A DNA stretch of 44,897 nucleotides from Accumulibacter sp. (GCA_031279425.1 JAITIQ010000233.1:1-44897), one strand, 5' to 3'; numbered from the stretch's first letter, positions 28,532 to 40,618 are shown. The notes: generated by a model not told the origin, from the sequence alone. A program made the numbers and translations.

Positions 28532-29693
28532 TTTTCCGTGCCTCGGAGGGCAGCAACGCGAGCACCGCCTCGGCGGCTTTCTCCGCCGTGTTCTGCCTGA
28601 GCCGCAGATGGATCTCGCGGAACGCTTCCGCGATGCGCGCGCGGGACTCCTGGTCGGACAAAAAACCCAGGAGCGCCCGCGCCAGATTTTCCGGCGTCGC
28701 CTCCTCCTGGAGGAATTCGGGAACGACGAAGCGGCCGGCCAGGACGTTCGGCAGGCCGACGTAGGGCAGATAAGCCATGCGCCGCATCAGCCAGCAGGTG
28801 AGCGGCGCCATCCTGTAGGCGATGACCATCGGACGCTTGAGCAGCGCGGCTTCCAGCGTCGCCGTGCCGCTCGCCGCCAGCACCGCGTCGGAGGCCGCCA
28901 TGGCCTCGTGCGCATGTCCGAACAGGAGGCGGATCGGCAGTTCGCCCGCCTCGCCCCGGCGCAGCGCGGCTTCGAACAGCAGGCGCGTCTCGCGGGTGGC
29001 CATCGGCGCCAGGAACAGCGCTTCCGGAAGGCTCTGGTGAATCAGGCGGGCGGCGGCGATGAAGGTGTCCGCCATGTATTCCAGTTCGGACTGCCGGCTG
29101 CCGGGCAGCAGCGCGAAAACCGGGCGTTGCGGCGCGATGCCGAGCAGCTCGCGCGCCGGGGCGCGGGCGTCCTCCAGGGGCAACAGGTCGGCCAGCGGAT
29201 GGCCCACGTAGGTGACCGGGATATTCTCCTTTTCGTACAGCGCGGGCTCGAAGGGGAACAGCACCAGGATACGGGAGACCGACTTGCCGATCGAATGGAT
29301 GCGCCTGCCGCGCCAGGCCCAGATCGACGGGCCGACGTAATGGATCGTCGGCACGCCGCGGCGCTTCAGCGCCCTTTCCAGCGTCAGGTTGAAATCCGGC
29401 GCGTCGACGCCGATGAAGAGGTCCGGCGGCTCGGCCAGCAGGCGGCGCTTGAGATCCCGGCGTATCCCGAAAATTTCCCGATAGTGCCTGAGCACTTCGG
29501 CGTAGCCGCGAACGGCGAGAGATTCCAAGGGATGCCAGGTCTCGAAGCCCTGCCTGATCATTTTCGGGCCGCCGATGCCGAAAAAGCGCGCATTCGGCAG
29601 TTTCCCGCGCAGGGCGCCGATCAGGTGGCCGGCCAGAAGATCGCCCGAGGCCTCGCCGGCCACCATGGCGATGCGCGCGCCCCGCGAAGTCAT
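28509..29693 (-). CDS. lpxB: Lipid-A-disaccharide synthase
   Basis: [26 protein letters not shown]. Confidence 0.97.
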   Translation of the reverse strand: MTSRGARIAMVAGEASGDLLAGHLIGALRGKLPNARFFGIGGPKMIRQGFETWHPLESLAVRGYAEVLRHYREIFGIRRDLKRRLLAEPPDLFIGVDAPDFNLTLERALKRRGVPTIHYVGPSIWAWRGRRIHSIGKSVSRILVLFPFEPALYEKENIPVTYVGHPLADLLPLEDARAPARELLGIAPQRPVFALLPGSRQSELEYMADTFIAAARLIHQSLPEALFLAPMATRETRLLFEAALRRGEAGELPIRLLFGHAHEAMAASDAVLAASGTATLEAALLKRPMVIAYRMAPLTCWLMRRMAYLPYVGLPNVLAGRFVVPEFLQEEATPENLARALLGFLSDQESRARIAEAFREIHLRLRQNTAEKAAEAVLALLPSEARKNAVPAAA

Positions 29694-30460
29694 CGGATGA
29701 TGCCGCGCTTCGAAACCGCCAGGAAATCGAGGATCGGCTGGATCTCGGGATGTTCCCGGGCCTCCTGCGCCAGCCTGGTGCGCGCCTCTTCGAGCATCAG
29801 CCCGGACTTGTACAGCGTGCGATACGCGCGCTTCAGGGCCAGCAGCGCTTCCGCCGGGAAACCGCGCCGCTTCAGGCCCTTCACGTTGATGCCGTAGGGC
29901 GTTGCCGTGTTGCCGGCGGCCATCACGTAAGGCGGAATGTCCTGCAGCACGACGGTGCCGACTGCGGTCATGGTGTGCGCGCCGACGCGGCAGAACTGGT
30001 GCACCCCGGTATAGCCGCCGAGAACCGCCCAGTCATCGACATGCACGTGCCCGGCAAGCTGCGAGTTGTTGGCGAAGATCGTGCGGTCGCCGACCCGGCA
30101 ATCGTGCGCGATGTGCACGTAGCCCATGATCCAGTTGTCGCTGCCGATGCGCGTCACGCCGGCGTCCTGCACGGTGCCGGTGTTGAACTGGCAGTATTCA
30201 CGGATGGTGTTGCGCTCGCCGATTTCGAGCCGAGTCGGCTCGCCGCCGTATTTCTTGTCCTGCGGCGCGTCGCCGATCGAGCAGAACGGGTGGATGCGGT
30301 TGTCGCGACCGATGCGGGTCACCCCGGTGATCACGACGTGCGGACCGATCCAGGTATTGTCGCCGATCTCGACGTGTTCGCCGATGATCGAATACGGCCC
30401 GACGCTGACTCCGGCGCCGAGCCGGGCATTGGAGTGGATGATCGCCGTGGGATGAATCAT
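29690..30460 (-). CDS. lpxA: UDP-GlcNAc O-acyltransferase
   Basis: MIHPTAII, PQDKKY, HIAHDC hexapeptide repeats; alt. GTG start 30478. Confidence 0.97.
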   Translation of the reverse strand: MIHPTAIIHSNARLGAGVSVGPYSIIGEHVEIGDNTWIGPHVVITGVTRIGRDNRIHPFCSIGDAPQDKKYGGEPTRLEIGERNTIREYCQFNTGTVQDAGVTRIGSDNWIMGYVHIAHDCRVGDRTIFANNSQLAGHVHVDDWAVLGGYTGVHQFCRVGAHTMTAVGTVVLQDIPPYVMAAGNTATPYGINVKGLKRRGFPAEALLALKRAYRTLYKSGLMLEEARTRLAQEAREHPEIQPILDFLAVSKRGIIR

Positions 30461-30474
30461 GCCGCCGCCTTCGA

Positions 30475-30921
30475 TCACGCCACGTCACGCTTGGCGCACA
30501 TCAGCTCGGCTTCGGCGACCACCTCGTCGTCGACGCGAGCCTCGGCCCTGTATTTCCAGATGCCGCGCATCCGGCGCGCGATCTCGACGAAAAGGTGCAA
30601 CTGGTCGCCCGGCATGACGGGTTTCTTGAAACGCGCGTTGTCGATGCCGACGAAATAGAACACCGAGTTCTCGTCCGGCATCTCGCCCATGGTCTTGAAC
30701 GACAGGATGCCGGCGGCCTGAGCCAGCGCCTCCATGATCAGCACGCCGGGCAGCACCGGGTGATGCGGGAAATGCCCGGTGAAAAACGGCTCGTCGATGG
30801 TGATGTTCTTGTAGGCATGGATGGATTTCCCCGCCTCGAAATCGACCACCCGGTCTACGAGAAGAAACGGATGGCGATGAGGAAGATGCTTCAATATTTC
30901 GTGGATGTCCATTGTATTCAA
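30475..30921 (-). CDS. fabZ: 3-hydroxyacyl-ACP dehydratase
   Basis: [31 protein letters not shown]. Confidence 0.97.
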   Translation of the reverse strand: MNTMDIHEILKHLPHRHPFLLVDRVVDFEAGKSIHAYKNITIDEPFFTGHFPHHPVLPGVLIMEALAQAAGILSFKTMGEMPDENSVFYFVGIDNARFKKPVMPGDQLHLFVEIARRMRGIWKYRAEARVDDEVVAEAELMCAKRDVA

Positions 30922-31955
30922 GGCGCTTTCTCCAAAAGTTCAAGTTTTTTTTCCAGTTCGGCCACTCGCTCGGCCAGCCCGGCCAGACGTTTGATCTGCG
31001 CCGCGTTGCGCAGCCATTCCTCGTGCGCTTCCAGGGGAAAGATACTGGTGTATCGGCCCGGCCGGCGCAGGCTCTTGGTCACCATCGTTCCCGCCGAAAC
31101 ATGCACGTCGTCTACGAGATCGAGATGCCCGATGATCATGCCGGCGCCACCCACCGTACAGCGCCGGCCGATGCGCGTGCTGCCGGCGACGCCGACGCAG
31201 CCGGCCATCGCCGTGTGCTCGCCGATGACGACGTTGTGGGCGATCTGGATCTGGTTGTCGAGCTTGACGCCGTCGCCGATCACGGTATCGTCCAGCGCGC
31301 CCCGGTCGATCGAGGTATTGGCGCCGATTTCGACGTCGTCCCCGATGACCACGCGCCCGATCTGGGGAATCTTGACCCAGCGATCATTTTCCAGCGCAAA
31401 GCCGAAACCATCGCTACCGATGACGGCTCCGGCATGAATCACGGCGCGTCGGCCAATGACGCAGTCGCGATACACCACCACCCTGGGGTACAGCACCGAG
31501 TCCTCGCCGATCGAGACTCCCTCCCCGATGACACAGCCCGGATAGAGCGTCACGTTCTCGCCGATCACCGCGTTCTCGCCGATCACCACGTTCTCGCCGA
31601 TCCGCGCCGTCCTTGGCACGGCGACGTGCGCCACTGCGCTGGGATGAATCCCGGCCGACCGCTCAGGCGGCGGATTGAGCCAAGCCGCCACGCGCGCATG
31701 AAAGGCATAGGGATTGGCATGGATGATCCTCGGCAGCGCCGTGTCCTCGGCAAAGGCCGGGGGCACGATGACCGCCGACGCCCCGGTCGACCGAAGCTGC
31801 TGGCGATATTTCGGATTGGCCAGGAAAGCGATCTGGCCGGCTCGCGCCGACGAGAGCGCGGCTACCTGCGTGACGACGACCGAGGCATCCCCCGCGACCT
31901 GCCCGCCGAGTCGCGCGACGATCTCGTCGAGACGAAGCCCTCCGCGCCTTGCCAC
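30918..31955 (-). CDS. lpxD: UDP-3-O-acyl-glucosamine N-acyltransferase
   Basis: [33 protein letters not shown]. Confidence 0.97.
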   Translation of the reverse strand: MARRGGLRLDEIVARLGGQVAGDASVVVTQVAALSSARAGQIAFLANPKYRQQLRSTGASAVIVPPAFAEDTALPRIIHANPYAFHARVAAWLNPPPERSAGIHPSAVAHVAVPRTARIGENVVIGENAVIGENVTLYPGCVIGEGVSIGEDSVLYPRVVVYRDCVIGRRAVIHAGAVIGSDGFGFALENDRWVKIPQIGRVVIGDDVEIGANTSIDRGALDDTVIGDGVKLDNQIQIAHNVVIGEHTAMAGCVGVAGSTRIGRRCTVGGAGMIIGHLDLVDDVHVSAGTMVTKSLRRPGRYTSIFPLEAHEEWLRNAAQIKRLAGLAERVAELEKKLELLEKAP

Positions 31956-31964
31956 GTCGATTTC

Positions 31965-32477
31965 TTACTTGCCTTCGGCGGCCAGGGCCTTGATGATCTT
32001 GTCGGTGACATCGAGCCTCGGACTCGCCCACACCACGTCCTGGACGATCAGGTCGTATTTCTCGCTTTCCGCAAGCTGCTGGATCGCCCGGTTCGCCTTC
32101 TCGATGATCGCCGAGTTCTCCTCGTTCTGGCGCAGGTTGAGATCCTCGCGGAACTCGCGCTGCTTGCGCTGGAACTCGCGCTGCAACTCATTGAATTCCC
32201 TCTCCCTGGAACGCCGCTCGGTTTCGTTCATCGTCACGGCATTCTTCTCGAGCGCATCCTGCATATTCTGAAGCTGCCGGGCCATGCTCTGCAACTCCTG
32301 ATCGCGCCTGGAAAACTCGGCCTCGATCTTTTCCGCGGCCTTCCTGGCAACGGGCGCGTCACGAAAGATTCGCTGCGTATTGACGTAGCCGATCCTCACC
32401 GGCTCCTCCGCCGCCACGTGCGACGCGGGCATGGCGAGCATCAACGCGACGAACGTGGCGGCAAATTTCGTTTTCAC
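31965..32477 (-). CDS. skp: Periplasmic chaperone Skp/OmpH
   Basis: Signal peptide, IGYVN, coiled coil, YDLI..DVT; located between bamA and lpxD. Confidence 0.93.
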   Translation of the reverse strand: MKTKFAATFVALMLAMPASHVAAEEPVRIGYVNTQRIFRDAPVARKAAEKIEAEFSRRDQELQSMARQLQNMQDALEKNAVTMNETERRSREREFNELQREFQRKQREFREDLNLRQNEENSAIIEKANRAIQQLAESEKYDLIVQDVVWASPRLDVTDKIIKALAAEGK

Positions 32478-32489
32478 AAGCTGTTTCTC

Positions 32490-34841
32490 CTAGAACATCG
32501 TCCCTATCTGGAACTGGGCTCTTTGAATACTATCATTTTTCTGGGAATTCAAAGGATGCGCGATACTGAATTTTAGCGGCCCCAGGGGAGACAGCCAAGT
32601 CGCGGCAATTCCCACCGACATCCGCACGGGGCCTCCGTCGCAAACGATCTTGTTGCCGCTCCGGCAGGCGCCGGTCTTCTCGTCCGAATACACTTGTCCG
32701 GCATCGAAGAACGGTCCGAAGCGGAAGGATTTGTCGGCGCCCAGACCGGGCAGCGGAAAGGTCAGCTCGGCATTGAAGAGGAAACGGCGCGTGCCGCCCA
32801 GGCGCACTTCGTCGCCGAAATTGTCGATTTCATAAGGCCCCAGGCTGGAACTGTCCCAGCCGCGGACGGAACCCGTCCCGCCGGCGTAGAAATTCTTGAA
32901 GAACGGCATTTCCTGGCCGCCCAGGCCCTTGGCGTAGCCGAGTTCTCCATTCAGCATCAGCACCAGGTCCCGGGTCACCGGGAAATAACGCTGATGCTGG
33001 TAGCTCGCCTTGTAGTAGCGCAAATCCCCGCCCGGGCTGACTTCGAAGGTCGCCCGCTGGAACGTGCCCCGCGTCGGATTGATCGCGCTGTCCCGCCCGT
33101 CGCTGACCCAGCCGGCGGTGAGCGGCACCGAGAGATTGCCGCAGCTGTCGGCACTGGTGCCGCAGAACCGGTCGACGAAACGCTCGTACTGGTAGGGCGT
33201 ATACAGATCGGTGCGGTCGATGGTGACCTTGGTGTAATCGATCCCGGCGCCGAACTGGATCGTCTGCGTTTCGCTGATCGGGATGCCGAACTTGATGCCA
33301 CCGCCGGTCGATTCCGTCTTGTATCGATAGGTGTCGTCGTAGCTGCTGTGGGTTGGATCGAACTTGCGATGATAGACGTCGAAGCCCTGGCTCACGCCGT
33401 CGACCGTGAAATACGGATTGTTGTACCCCAGGCTGATGGCGCGGTTGAGCTTGCCGGTGCCGACCTCGATCGAGGCGAAACGGCCGCTGCCGAAAATGTT
33501 GGCCTGGGAAATCGACCCCGACAGGATGATTTTTTCCGTCTGCGAATAGCCCGCCCCCAGCGTGATGTTGCCCGTCGTTTTTTCGGTCACGCCGAAATTG
33601 ATGTCGATCTGGTCGGTGGTCCCGGGAACCGGAACCGTTTCAACCGTCACCTCGGAAAAATAGTCGGTCTTGTCGATGCGCTGCTTCGACAGCTTGACCC
33701 GCTCGTCGTCGTACCAGCCGCCTTCCATCTGGCGGATTTCCTGGCGGATGACCTCGTCGCGCGTCTTGGTGTTGCCGCCGATGTTGATGCGGCGCACATA
33801 GACCCGACGGCCCGGATCGACGAAGACGGTAAAGGCTACCTGCCGCTTTTCCTTGTCGACTTCGGGCGCGGCGTTGACGTTGGCGAACGCGTACCCCTGT
33901 CTCGACAGCCGGTCGCTGATGGCCTTGGTGCTTTCGTTCAAGGCTTCGCGCGAGAAGACGTCTCCGGCCTGGACCTTCATGGCCGCCCTGATCTCTTCCT
34001 CCGTGAGGAGCAGATCGCCCGCCACCTTGACCGAGGAGACGATGTAGCGCTCGCCTTCCGAAATGGTGACCGTGATGTAGATGTCCTTCTTGTCCGGACT
34101 GATCGAGACCTGCGTCGACTCGATATTGAATTCGAGAAAACCGCGGTTCAGATAAAAAGAGCGCAGCGTCTCCAGATCGGCGGCGAGTTTCTGCCTCGAA
34201 TACTGGTCGTTTTTCGTATACCAGCTGATCCAGTTGGGCGTCCGCAACTGGAAATTCTCCAGTAGATCCTTCTCCTGGAAGGCGTGGGCCCCGACGATGT
34301 TGATCTGCCGGATGAGCGCGGACTCCCCTTCGTCGATGTTGAAGTTGATGGCCACCCGGTTGCGTTCGAGCGGCGTCACCGTCGTCGTCACCGTCATCGC
34401 GTACTTGCCGCGGGTCAGGTATTGCCGCTTGAGTTCCTGCTCGGCCCGCTCCAGCATGCCACGGTCGAACGAGCGCGAGATCGCGAATCCCGCGTCCTTC
34501 AGCCCCTTGATGATCTGATCCTTGTCGAATTCCTTGAGACCGACGAAATCGATCGAGGCGATGGCGGGCCGTTCCTCGATGATGACCACGACGACCGAAC
34601 CGTCGATATCGATGCGGACGTCCTTGAAGAAGCCGGTGGCGAACAGCGCCCGGATGGCCTGCGCGGCCTTCTCGTCGGTCATCGTATCCCCGACCTTGAT
34701 CGGCAGATAGCTGAATACCGTCCCGGCTTCGGTCCGCTGGATGCCTTCGACGCGGATGTCCGTCACGGTGAAGGGCGTCAAGGCCAGGGCCTTGGACAGG
34801 CACAGTACGAAGATCGTACCGGCAAGCAGAATTCTTTTCAT
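32490..34841 (-). CDS. bamA: Outer membrane protein assembly factor BamA
   Basis: POTRA repeats (DIRVEGIQR), FYAGG..SVRGW, W.SPLGPL, terminal FQIGTMF. Confidence 0.97.
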   Translation of the reverse strand: MKRILLAGTIFVLCLSKALALTPFTVTDIRVEGIQRTEAGTVFSYLPIKVGDTMTDEKAAQAIRALFATGFFKDVRIDIDGSVVVVIIEERPAIASIDFVGLKEFDKDQIIKGLKDAGFAISRSFDRGMLERAEQELKRQYLTRGKYAMTVTTTVTPLERNRVAINFNIDEGESALIRQINIVGAHAFQEKDLLENFQLRTPNWISWYTKNDQYSRQKLAADLETLRSFYLNRGFLEFNIESTQVSISPDKKDIYITVTISEGERYIVSSVKVAGDLLLTEEEIRAAMKVQAGDVFSREALNESTKAISDRLSRQGYAFANVNAAPEVDKEKRQVAFTVFVDPGRRVYVRRINIGGNTKTRDEVIRQEIRQMEGGWYDDERVKLSKQRIDKTDYFSEVTVETVPVPGTTDQIDINFGVTEKTTGNITLGAGYSQTEKIILSGSISQANIFGSGRFASIEVGTGKLNRAISLGYNNPYFTVDGVSQGFDVYHRKFDPTHSSYDDTYRYKTESTGGGIKFGIPISETQTIQFGAGIDYTKVTIDRTDLYTPYQYERFVDRFCGTSADSCGNLSVPLTAGWVSDGRDSAINPTRGTFQRATFEVSPGGDLRYYKASYQHQRYFPVTRDLVLMLNGELGYAKGLGGQEMPFFKNFYAGGTGSVRGWDSSSLGPYEIDNFGDEVRLGGTRRFLFNAELTFPLPGLGADKSFRFGPFFDAGQVYSDEKTGACRSGNKIVCDGGPVRMSVGIAATWLSPLGPLKFSIAHPLNSQKNDSIQRAQFQIGTMF

Positions 34842-34843
34842 GG

Positions 34844-36211
34844 TCAACCAGGAATCAATCGGGCGAAATCGTTATAGAGCGCGAAAGCCATCAACATCAG
34901 GATCAATGTCAGTCCGATCTTCTGGCCGATCATCAGGTATCGATCGGACAACGGCCGGCCTCTCACGGCTTCGACGACATAATACAGTAAATGGCCGCCG
35001 TCCAGCACCGGGATCGGCAGCAGGTTGAGCACGGCCAGGCTCACGCTCACCAGCGCCAGGAACTGGAGGTAACGGACGAGGCCCATCCGGGCGGACTGTC
35101 CGGCGTAGTCGGCGATCGTCACCGGACCGCTGATGTGGCGCCAGGAAAGCGCGCCGGTCACCATCCGGCCCATCATGCGCAGGGAAAACGCCGACTTTTC
35201 CCAGGTTTCCTCGATCGCCTTGCCGAAAGCCTGCAAGGGACCGTGGCGCACGATGACCAGCAGATCGTCCCGGGTCGGCGCCGAATCGGCGACCAGCGCG
35301 CCGATCCGCCCGATTTCACGGCCCTTGTCCAGGACCCGCGCCGGCGTGATCTCCACCGACAGCGTCTTGCCGTCCCGCTGGTACGCGAAGCGCAGCGGCC
35401 GCTCCGGCGACTCCCGCACCGCGCGCACCACCTCGTACCACGACTCGACCGGCCTGCCGTCGATGGCAAGCAGCACGTCGCCCGGCGAGAGGCCCGCCGC
35501 CGCGGCGGCGCTGTCCGGCTCAACGCGCCCGACGACGGCGGGAATGAGCGGCTGAAAAAGGCGCAGGCCCAGGACCCCGATGGGGTCCTGTCCGGGCTCG
35601 GGATTTCTGGCCTCCTGGAGCGCCAGGTGGCGAACGCTGGTCTCCTTGTGTTCATCGATCAGTTCCAGCTCGATCGAATCCTGCTCCACCATCCGGCGCA
35701 GCAGAATCCAGCGCAGGTCGGCCCAGGTCTCGACGGCTTCCCCGCCCGCCCTGAGCACCTGTTCCCCGTTCCGTATGCCGGCCCTGTCCGCCGCGCTCGC
35801 CGCGACGGGCGGCCCCAGGACGGGGCGCAGTTCCTCCGTGCCGTGCAGGAACACCACCCAGTAAACCAGGACGGCCAGCGCGAAATTGGCCAGCGGCCCG
35901 GCGACGACGATGGCCATGCGCCGGGCCGTGCTCTGCCGGTTGAAGCTCCGATGCGCCTCCTCCGGCGCCACCTCGCCCTCGGTCTCGTCGAGCATGCGCA
36001 CGTAGCCGCCCAGGGGAAAGACGCCAATCGCCCATTCGGTGCCGTCGCGACCGGCGCGCCACAGCGCGAGCGGGCGGCCGAATCCCACCGAAAAACGCAG
36101 CACCTTGACGCCGACCAGGCGGGCCACCGCATAGTGGCCCAACTCATGCACGACGATGAGTACCCCGAGCAGCAGGGCGAAGGCCAGGGTATAAAACAGA
36201 AAATCGTTCAT
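34844..36211 (-). CDS. rseP: RIP metalloprotease RseP
   Basis: HELGH, PLGGYV, AGP.AN, two PDZ domains, NLLPIPVLDGG. Confidence 0.96.
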   Translation of the reverse strand: MNDFLFYTLAFALLLGVLIVVHELGHYAVARLVGVKVLRFSVGFGRPLALWRAGRDGTEWAIGVFPLGGYVRMLDETEGEVAPEEAHRSFNRQSTARRMAIVVAGPLANFALAVLVYWVVFLHGTEELRPVLGPPVAASAADRAGIRNGEQVLRAGGEAVETWADLRWILLRRMVEQDSIELELIDEHKETSVRHLALQEARNPEPGQDPIGVLGLRLFQPLIPAVVGRVEPDSAAAAAGLSPGDVLLAIDGRPVESWYEVVRAVRESPERPLRFAYQRDGKTLSVEITPARVLDKGREIGRIGALVADSAPTRDDLLVIVRHGPLQAFGKAIEETWEKSAFSLRMMGRMVTGALSWRHISGPVTIADYAGQSARMGLVRYLQFLALVSVSLAVLNLLPIPVLDGGHLLYYVVEAVRGRPLSDRYLMIGQKIGLTLILMLMAFALYNDFARLIPG

Positions 36212-36235
36212 TTTGGGAATCTTGCCAACGGGTTT

Positions 36236-37432
36236 TCAGGAATTCATCTCACCGGCGAGTTCTTCGGCCATTCGCCGCGCGGCGGCGTCGGCGGCGAGTA
36301 CGTCGCCCAGGGATTCGAGCCGGGAGGCCGGCGTTCGTTCCATGACGCGCTCGATCAACCCCGGGATGTCGACGAATCGGACGCGCCCTTCCAAGAAACG
36401 CCGCACGGCCACTTCGTTGGCGGCGTTCAATGCCGCGGGCGCGCCGTCGCCCGCTTCCAGCGCCCGATAGGCCAGCGCGAGGCAGGGGAAGCGCTCGAAA
36501 TCCGGCCGCTCGAAATGCAGCGCGGCGACGGCGAACAGATCGAGCGGCTCGACTCCCGAGAAGATTCTTTCCGGATACGCAAGCGCCTGCGCGATCGGCG
36601 TGCGCATGTCCGGATGGCCCAGTTCGGCCAGCACGGAGCCGTCAACGTACTGGACCAGCGAATGGACGACGCTTTGCGGATGGACGACGACCCGGATGTT
36701 CTCCGCCGGCACGCCGAACAGCCAATGCGCCTCGATCACCTCCAGCCCCTTGTTCATCATCGTCGCCGAATCGACCGAGATTTTCCGGCCCATGCGCCAC
36801 TTCGGATGGGCGCAGGCCTCGTCCGGCGTGACGCTGGCGAGTTCCTCGCGCGGCGTCGTCCGGAACGGCCCGCCCGAAGCGGTGAGCAGGATGCCGCGCA
36901 CGCCGCTTTTTTCCATGTCTCCCGAATAATCGGCGGGCAGCGACTGGAAGATCGCGTTGTGCTCGCTGTCGATCGGCAGCAGGCGGGCGCCGCTGTCCTT
37001 CACCGCGCGCATGAAGACCGGCCCGGCCATGACCAGCGCTTCCTTGTTGGCGAGCAGGATCTTCTTTCCGGCAAGCGCCGCGGCGAGCGTCGGCGGGAGT
37101 CCCGCCGCGCCGACGATGGCCGCCATCACCATGTCGGCCTCGGGATGACTGGCCACCTCGCACAGGGCTTGCGCCCCGCCGAGCGCCTCGGTTGGGCAGG
37201 AAACGTCTTTCAGCAGACGTTGCAACTCCTTCGCCGCGCCCTCGTCCGCCATCACCGCGTAGCGCGGCAAATGCCGCAGGCACAGGCGGGCAAGCCGCTC
37301 GGCGTCGCGGTGCGCGGTGAGGGCGAACACCGCGTAACGCTCCGGATGACGACTGATGACGTCGAGCGTGGAAGCGCCGATCGAGCCGGTGGCGCCGAGG
37401 ATGACGATTCGCCGGGGAAAGGTCGCGGGCAT
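36236..37432 (-). CDS. dxr: 1-deoxy-D-xylulose-5-phosphate reductoisomerase
   Basis: [38 protein letters not shown]. Confidence 0.97.
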   Translation of the reverse strand: MPATFPRRIVILGATGSIGASTLDVISRHPERYAVFALTAHRDAERLARLCLRHLPRYAVMADEGAAKELQRLLKDVSCPTEALGGAQALCEVASHPEADMVMAAIVGAAGLPPTLAAALAGKKILLANKEALVMAGPVFMRAVKDSGARLLPIDSEHNAIFQSLPADYSGDMEKSGVRGILLTASGGPFRTTPREELASVTPDEACAHPKWRMGRKISVDSATMMNKGLEVIEAHWLFGVPAENIRVVVHPQSVVHSLVQYVDGSVLAELGHPDMRTPIAQALAYPERIFSGVEPLDLFAVAALHFERPDFERFPCLALAYRALEAGDGAPAALNAANEVAVRRFLEGRVRFVDIPGLIERVMERTPASRLESLGDVLAADAAARRMAEELAGEMNS

Positions 37433-37455
37433 GGGCGTTATTCCGATTCACGATA

Positions 37456-37562
37456 AAGATGGCAAAAAAACGGATCACTCCTGCGCGAATTTCGTTCAAT
37501 GCCGCTTGCTTTCCCCTCCCCCGCATGGCGGGGGAGAGTGCCCCGGCAGGGGCGGGAGAGGG
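37456..37562 (+). repeat. Dispersed repeat family B, copy 2, with a GC-rich palindromic core
   Basis: 37456-37530 matches revcomp 12804-12878 (61/75); core CTCCCCCGC-atg-GCGGGGGAG / GCCCC-ggca-GGGGC / GGAGAGGG. Confidence 0.75.
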
Positions 37563-37649
37563 TGCCGTTTCTTCCGGCATGGCCGCAAAATGGTCGTTTC
37601 CGAGGCAATTTGGAATTACGCCATACAGGGGAAAGACTTGCCCATCGTT

Positions 37650-38489
37650 TCAAACACAGGGCACTGGGAAAATGAAGTCCAGGAGAACCAGGCAGGGCGC
37701 CAGGCAAGGCAGTGTCGAAGTCAGACTATCGATCCGGTCGAGAATGCCGCCGTGCCCCGGCAAAATTCGGCTGCTGTCTTTCAGGCCCGCCTGACGCTTG
37801 AGCAGCGATTCAAAAAGGTCGCCCATGATGCTCACGACGGCCAGGCCGATGAATACCAGTTGCAGCAGAAACATCCATTGCGGGGCAGGCGGCGGTCTAT
37901 CCCAAAAGCAGAAAACTACGATATTGCAATACAACGACACGCCGATGAGCGCGCCGACCGCGCCGGCCCATGTCTTGCCGGGGCTGATGTTCGGGGCCAG
38001 TTTTTTGCCGCCGAACGCCCGCCCGGAAAAATAGGCGGCGATGTCGGCAACCCACGCAATCGCGCACCACGCGAGCAGTGGCAGGGGTCTTGGTCCCATC
38101 CCCATGGACAGCGTGGGCGGAAGCAGCACGACGATCCCGGTCAATGCCGCGCTCCAGTCGCGCAGCGGCCACTTGTACCGCAGACAGAGCGGCACGATCA
38201 GCAGCCAGAAAGCAACGGCCAGCAACATGAGGAGCGCGAGGGGATCGAAGAGACTTCCCTGGGAAGCGCGCGCAGCCACGACCCAGGGAACGCAACATCC
38301 CCCTCCCAAAACGACCCCGTAAGCGATCCGCCCCTTCTTCCCCCAGCCCGCCAGCCCGCCCCATTCCCAGGCGGCGAGCGCGCCAATCAGCGCGCAAAAC
38401 GCGATCCACTCCCGATCCGGCAGGAAAAAAAGCGCTCCCAGCAGACCGGCGAGCAAAAAAATCGCGGTAATGATCCGCGTCTTAAGCAT
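37650..38489 (-). CDS. cdsA: Phosphatidate cytidylyltransferase
   Basis: [29 protein letters not shown]...[13 protein letters not shown]. Confidence 0.95.
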   Translation of the reverse strand: MLKTRIITAIFLLAGLLGALFFLPDREWIAFCALIGALAAWEWGGLAGWGKKGRIAYGVVLGGGCCVPWVVAARASQGSLFDPLALLMLLAVAFWLLIVPLCLRYKWPLRDWSAALTGIVVLLPPTLSMGMGPRPLPLLAWCAIAWVADIAAYFSGRAFGGKKLAPNISPGKTWAGAVGALIGVSLYCNIVVFCFWDRPPPAPQWMFLLQLVFIGLAVVSIMGDLFESLLKRQAGLKDSSRILPGHGGILDRIDSLTSTLPCLAPCLVLLDFIFPVPCV

Positions 38490-39285
38490 CGAGCCTGGCG
38501 TCCACAGGACGATTTTCTCCGGCGGCGCTGTTTCCGTCGGCGACCCGTTGTTCGCTGATGCGCCCGAAACGGCGCTCGCGCCTCTGGTAGGAAGCGATGG
38601 CTTCATCAAACGCCGCGGCGTCGAACTCCGGCCACAGCGTTTCGGTGAAATAGAACTCCGTATAGGCCAACTGCCAGAGCATGAAGTTGCTGACCCGTTC
38701 CTCGCCGCCGGTACGGATGAACAGGTCGGGCTCGGGCGCGTAGCTCATGGCGAGATACGGCGAAAGATCGTCTTCCGTCCACTGGCCCTGTTTTTCCGGA
38801 CGTTCGACAGCCATCCGATTCATCGCCTGGACGATGTCCCAGCGCCCGCCGTAATTGGCGGCGATGGTCAGGGTCAGCTGGTCGTTGGCGGCCGTCTTCC
38901 GCTCCGCGGCGTGAATCAGCGCCTGCAATTCCGCGCCGAAGCGCGACAGATCGCCGGCGATCTTGAGCCGCACCCCGTTGGATTCCAGCTTGGAGACTTC
39001 CTGCATCAGCGCCCGCGAGAAAAGCTGCATCAGCAGCGAAACCTCTTCCTCCGGCCGCCGCCAGTTCTCGGAACTGAAGGCGAACAGCGTCAGGTAGTCG
39101 ATCCCGTGGCCCAGGCAATAACGCACCGCCCCGCGCACCGTCTCGACGCCGCGGCGGTGCCCGGCGAAGCGGGGCAGGAAATGCTTCTTGGCCCAGCGCC
39201 CGTTGCCGTCCATGATGATCGCCACGTGCCGGGGAACACGGCCAAGCTCGGGAATCGTCCGGGTCGAGCTGGTGAAGGAAGCCAT
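38482..39285 (-). CDS. uppS: Undecaprenyl diphosphate synthase
   Basis: [37 protein letters not shown]. Confidence 0.97.
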   Translation of the reverse strand: MASFTSSTRTIPELGRVPRHVAIIMDGNGRWAKKHFLPRFAGHRRGVETVRGAVRYCLGHGIDYLTLFAFSSENWRRPEEEVSLLMQLFSRALMQEVSKLESNGVRLKIAGDLSRFGAELQALIHAAERKTAANDQLTLTIAANYGGRWDIVQAMNRMAVERPEKQGQWTEDDLSPYLAMSYAPEPDLFIRTGGEERVSNFMLWQLAYTEFYFTETLWPEFDAAAFDEAIASYQRRERRFGRISEQRVADGNSAAGENRPVDARLDA

Positions 39286-39303
39286 CCGCCGATGCTCCGC
39301 GGC

Positions 39304-39864
39304 CTAGACGGCCATCAACTCGGTTTCCTTCTGGGAAAACTGCTTGTCGACTTCGGCGACGTATCTGTCGGTCAGCTTCTGGATCTCGTCCTGGGCCTTG
39401 CGCTCCTCGTCCTCGGAACACTCTTTCTTCTTGAGCATGTCCTTCAGCGCCGCGTTGGCGTCGCGGCGCAGGTTGCGCATGGCCACCCGGGAATTCTCGC
39501 ATTCGTGCTTGACCACCTTGATCAGGTCGCGACGCCTCTCCTCGGTCAGCGCCGGCATCGGGATGCGCAGCAGTTCACCCTGCGCCACCGGGTTCAAGCC
39601 CAGGTCGGAGTTGCGGATCGCCTTGTCGACCTTGGCGACCATGTTCTTTTCCCACACCTGCACGCCCAGGGTGCGCGGATCGAGGACGGTGACGTTGCCC
39701 ACGCTGCCAATCGGCGTCATCGAGCCGTAGTAGTCGACCTGCACGTGGTCCAGCAGGCCGGCATGGGCCCGGCCCGTGCGAATCTTCGCCAGATCGACGC
39801 GCAAGGCTTCGAGCGATTTCTGCATCTTGTGTTCGGCGGTCTTCTTCACATCGGCAATCGACAT
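39304..39864 (-). CDS. frr: Ribosome recycling factor
   Basis: [26 protein letters not shown]. Confidence 0.98.
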   Translation of the reverse strand: MSIADVKKTAEHKMQKSLEALRVDLAKIRTGRAHAGLLDHVQVDYYGSMTPIGSVGNVTVLDPRTLGVQVWEKNMVAKVDKAIRNSDLGLNPVAQGELLRIPMPALTEERRRDLIKVVKHECENSRVAMRNLRRDANAALKDMLKKKECSEDEERKAQDEIQKLTDRYVAEVDKQFSQKETELMAV

Positions 39865-39873
39865 CGCATCCTC

Positions 39874-40596
39874 CTAACAGTACACCAGGGTGCCCTCGTC
39901 CTCTCCCAGCACCGCTCTCTTCAGCGCGCCCGGCTTCAGGATCGAGAAAACCTTGATGGGCAGCTTCCGGTCGCGGCACAAGGCGAAAGCCGTAGTATCC
40001 ATGATGGCGAGGTTTCTGGAAATAGCGTCGTCGAAGCGGATGGCCTCGAAGCGAGTCGCCGTCGGGTCTTTTTCCGGATCGGCCGTGTAGATGCCGTCGA
40101 CCCGGGTCGCCTTGAGCACGATCTCGGCGCCGATCTCCGCGCCGCGCAAGGCCGCCGCGGTATCGGTGGTGAAGAACGGATTGCCCGTTCCGCCCGCGAA
40201 AATGACGATGCGCCCCCGCTCCAGATAGCGGATCGCCCGGCCCCGGATGTAAGGCTCCACGACCTGCTCGACGTTGAGCGCCGACTGGACGCGGGCGATG
40301 ATCCCGGCGACGCGCATCGCGTCCTGCAGCGCCAGGCCGTTCATCACCGTCGCCAGCATGCCCATGTAGTCGGCCTGGGCGCGGTCCATGCCCGCGGCGC
40401 CCGCCGCGATGCCGCGGAAAATGTTGCCGCCGCCGATGACCACGCCGATCTGCAAGCCGAGCTCGACGACGGTCTTGATCTCGCCGACGACCTCGGCGAT
40501 CGTCTGGCGGTTGATGCCGAAGGAATCCTTTCCCATCAGCGCCTCACCCGAAAGCTTGAGCAGGACGCGTTTGTATTTCGGGGTGACGGCGGTCAT
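39874..40596 (-). CDS. pyrH: UMP kinase
   Basis: [27 protein letters not shown]. Confidence 0.98.
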   Translation of the reverse strand: MTAVTPKYKRVLLKLSGEALMGKDSFGINRQTIAEVVGEIKTVVELGLQIGVVIGGGNIFRGIAAGAAGMDRAQADYMGMLATVMNGLALQDAMRVAGIIARVQSALNVEQVVEPYIRGRAIRYLERGRIVIFAGGTGNPFFTTDTAAALRGAEIGAEIVLKATRVDGIYTADPEKDPTATRFEAIRFDDAISRNLAIMDTTAFALCRDRKLPIKVFSILKPGALKRAVLGEDEGTLVYC

Positions 40597-40618
40597 GGCG
40601 ACGATCCTTTCGATGCCT

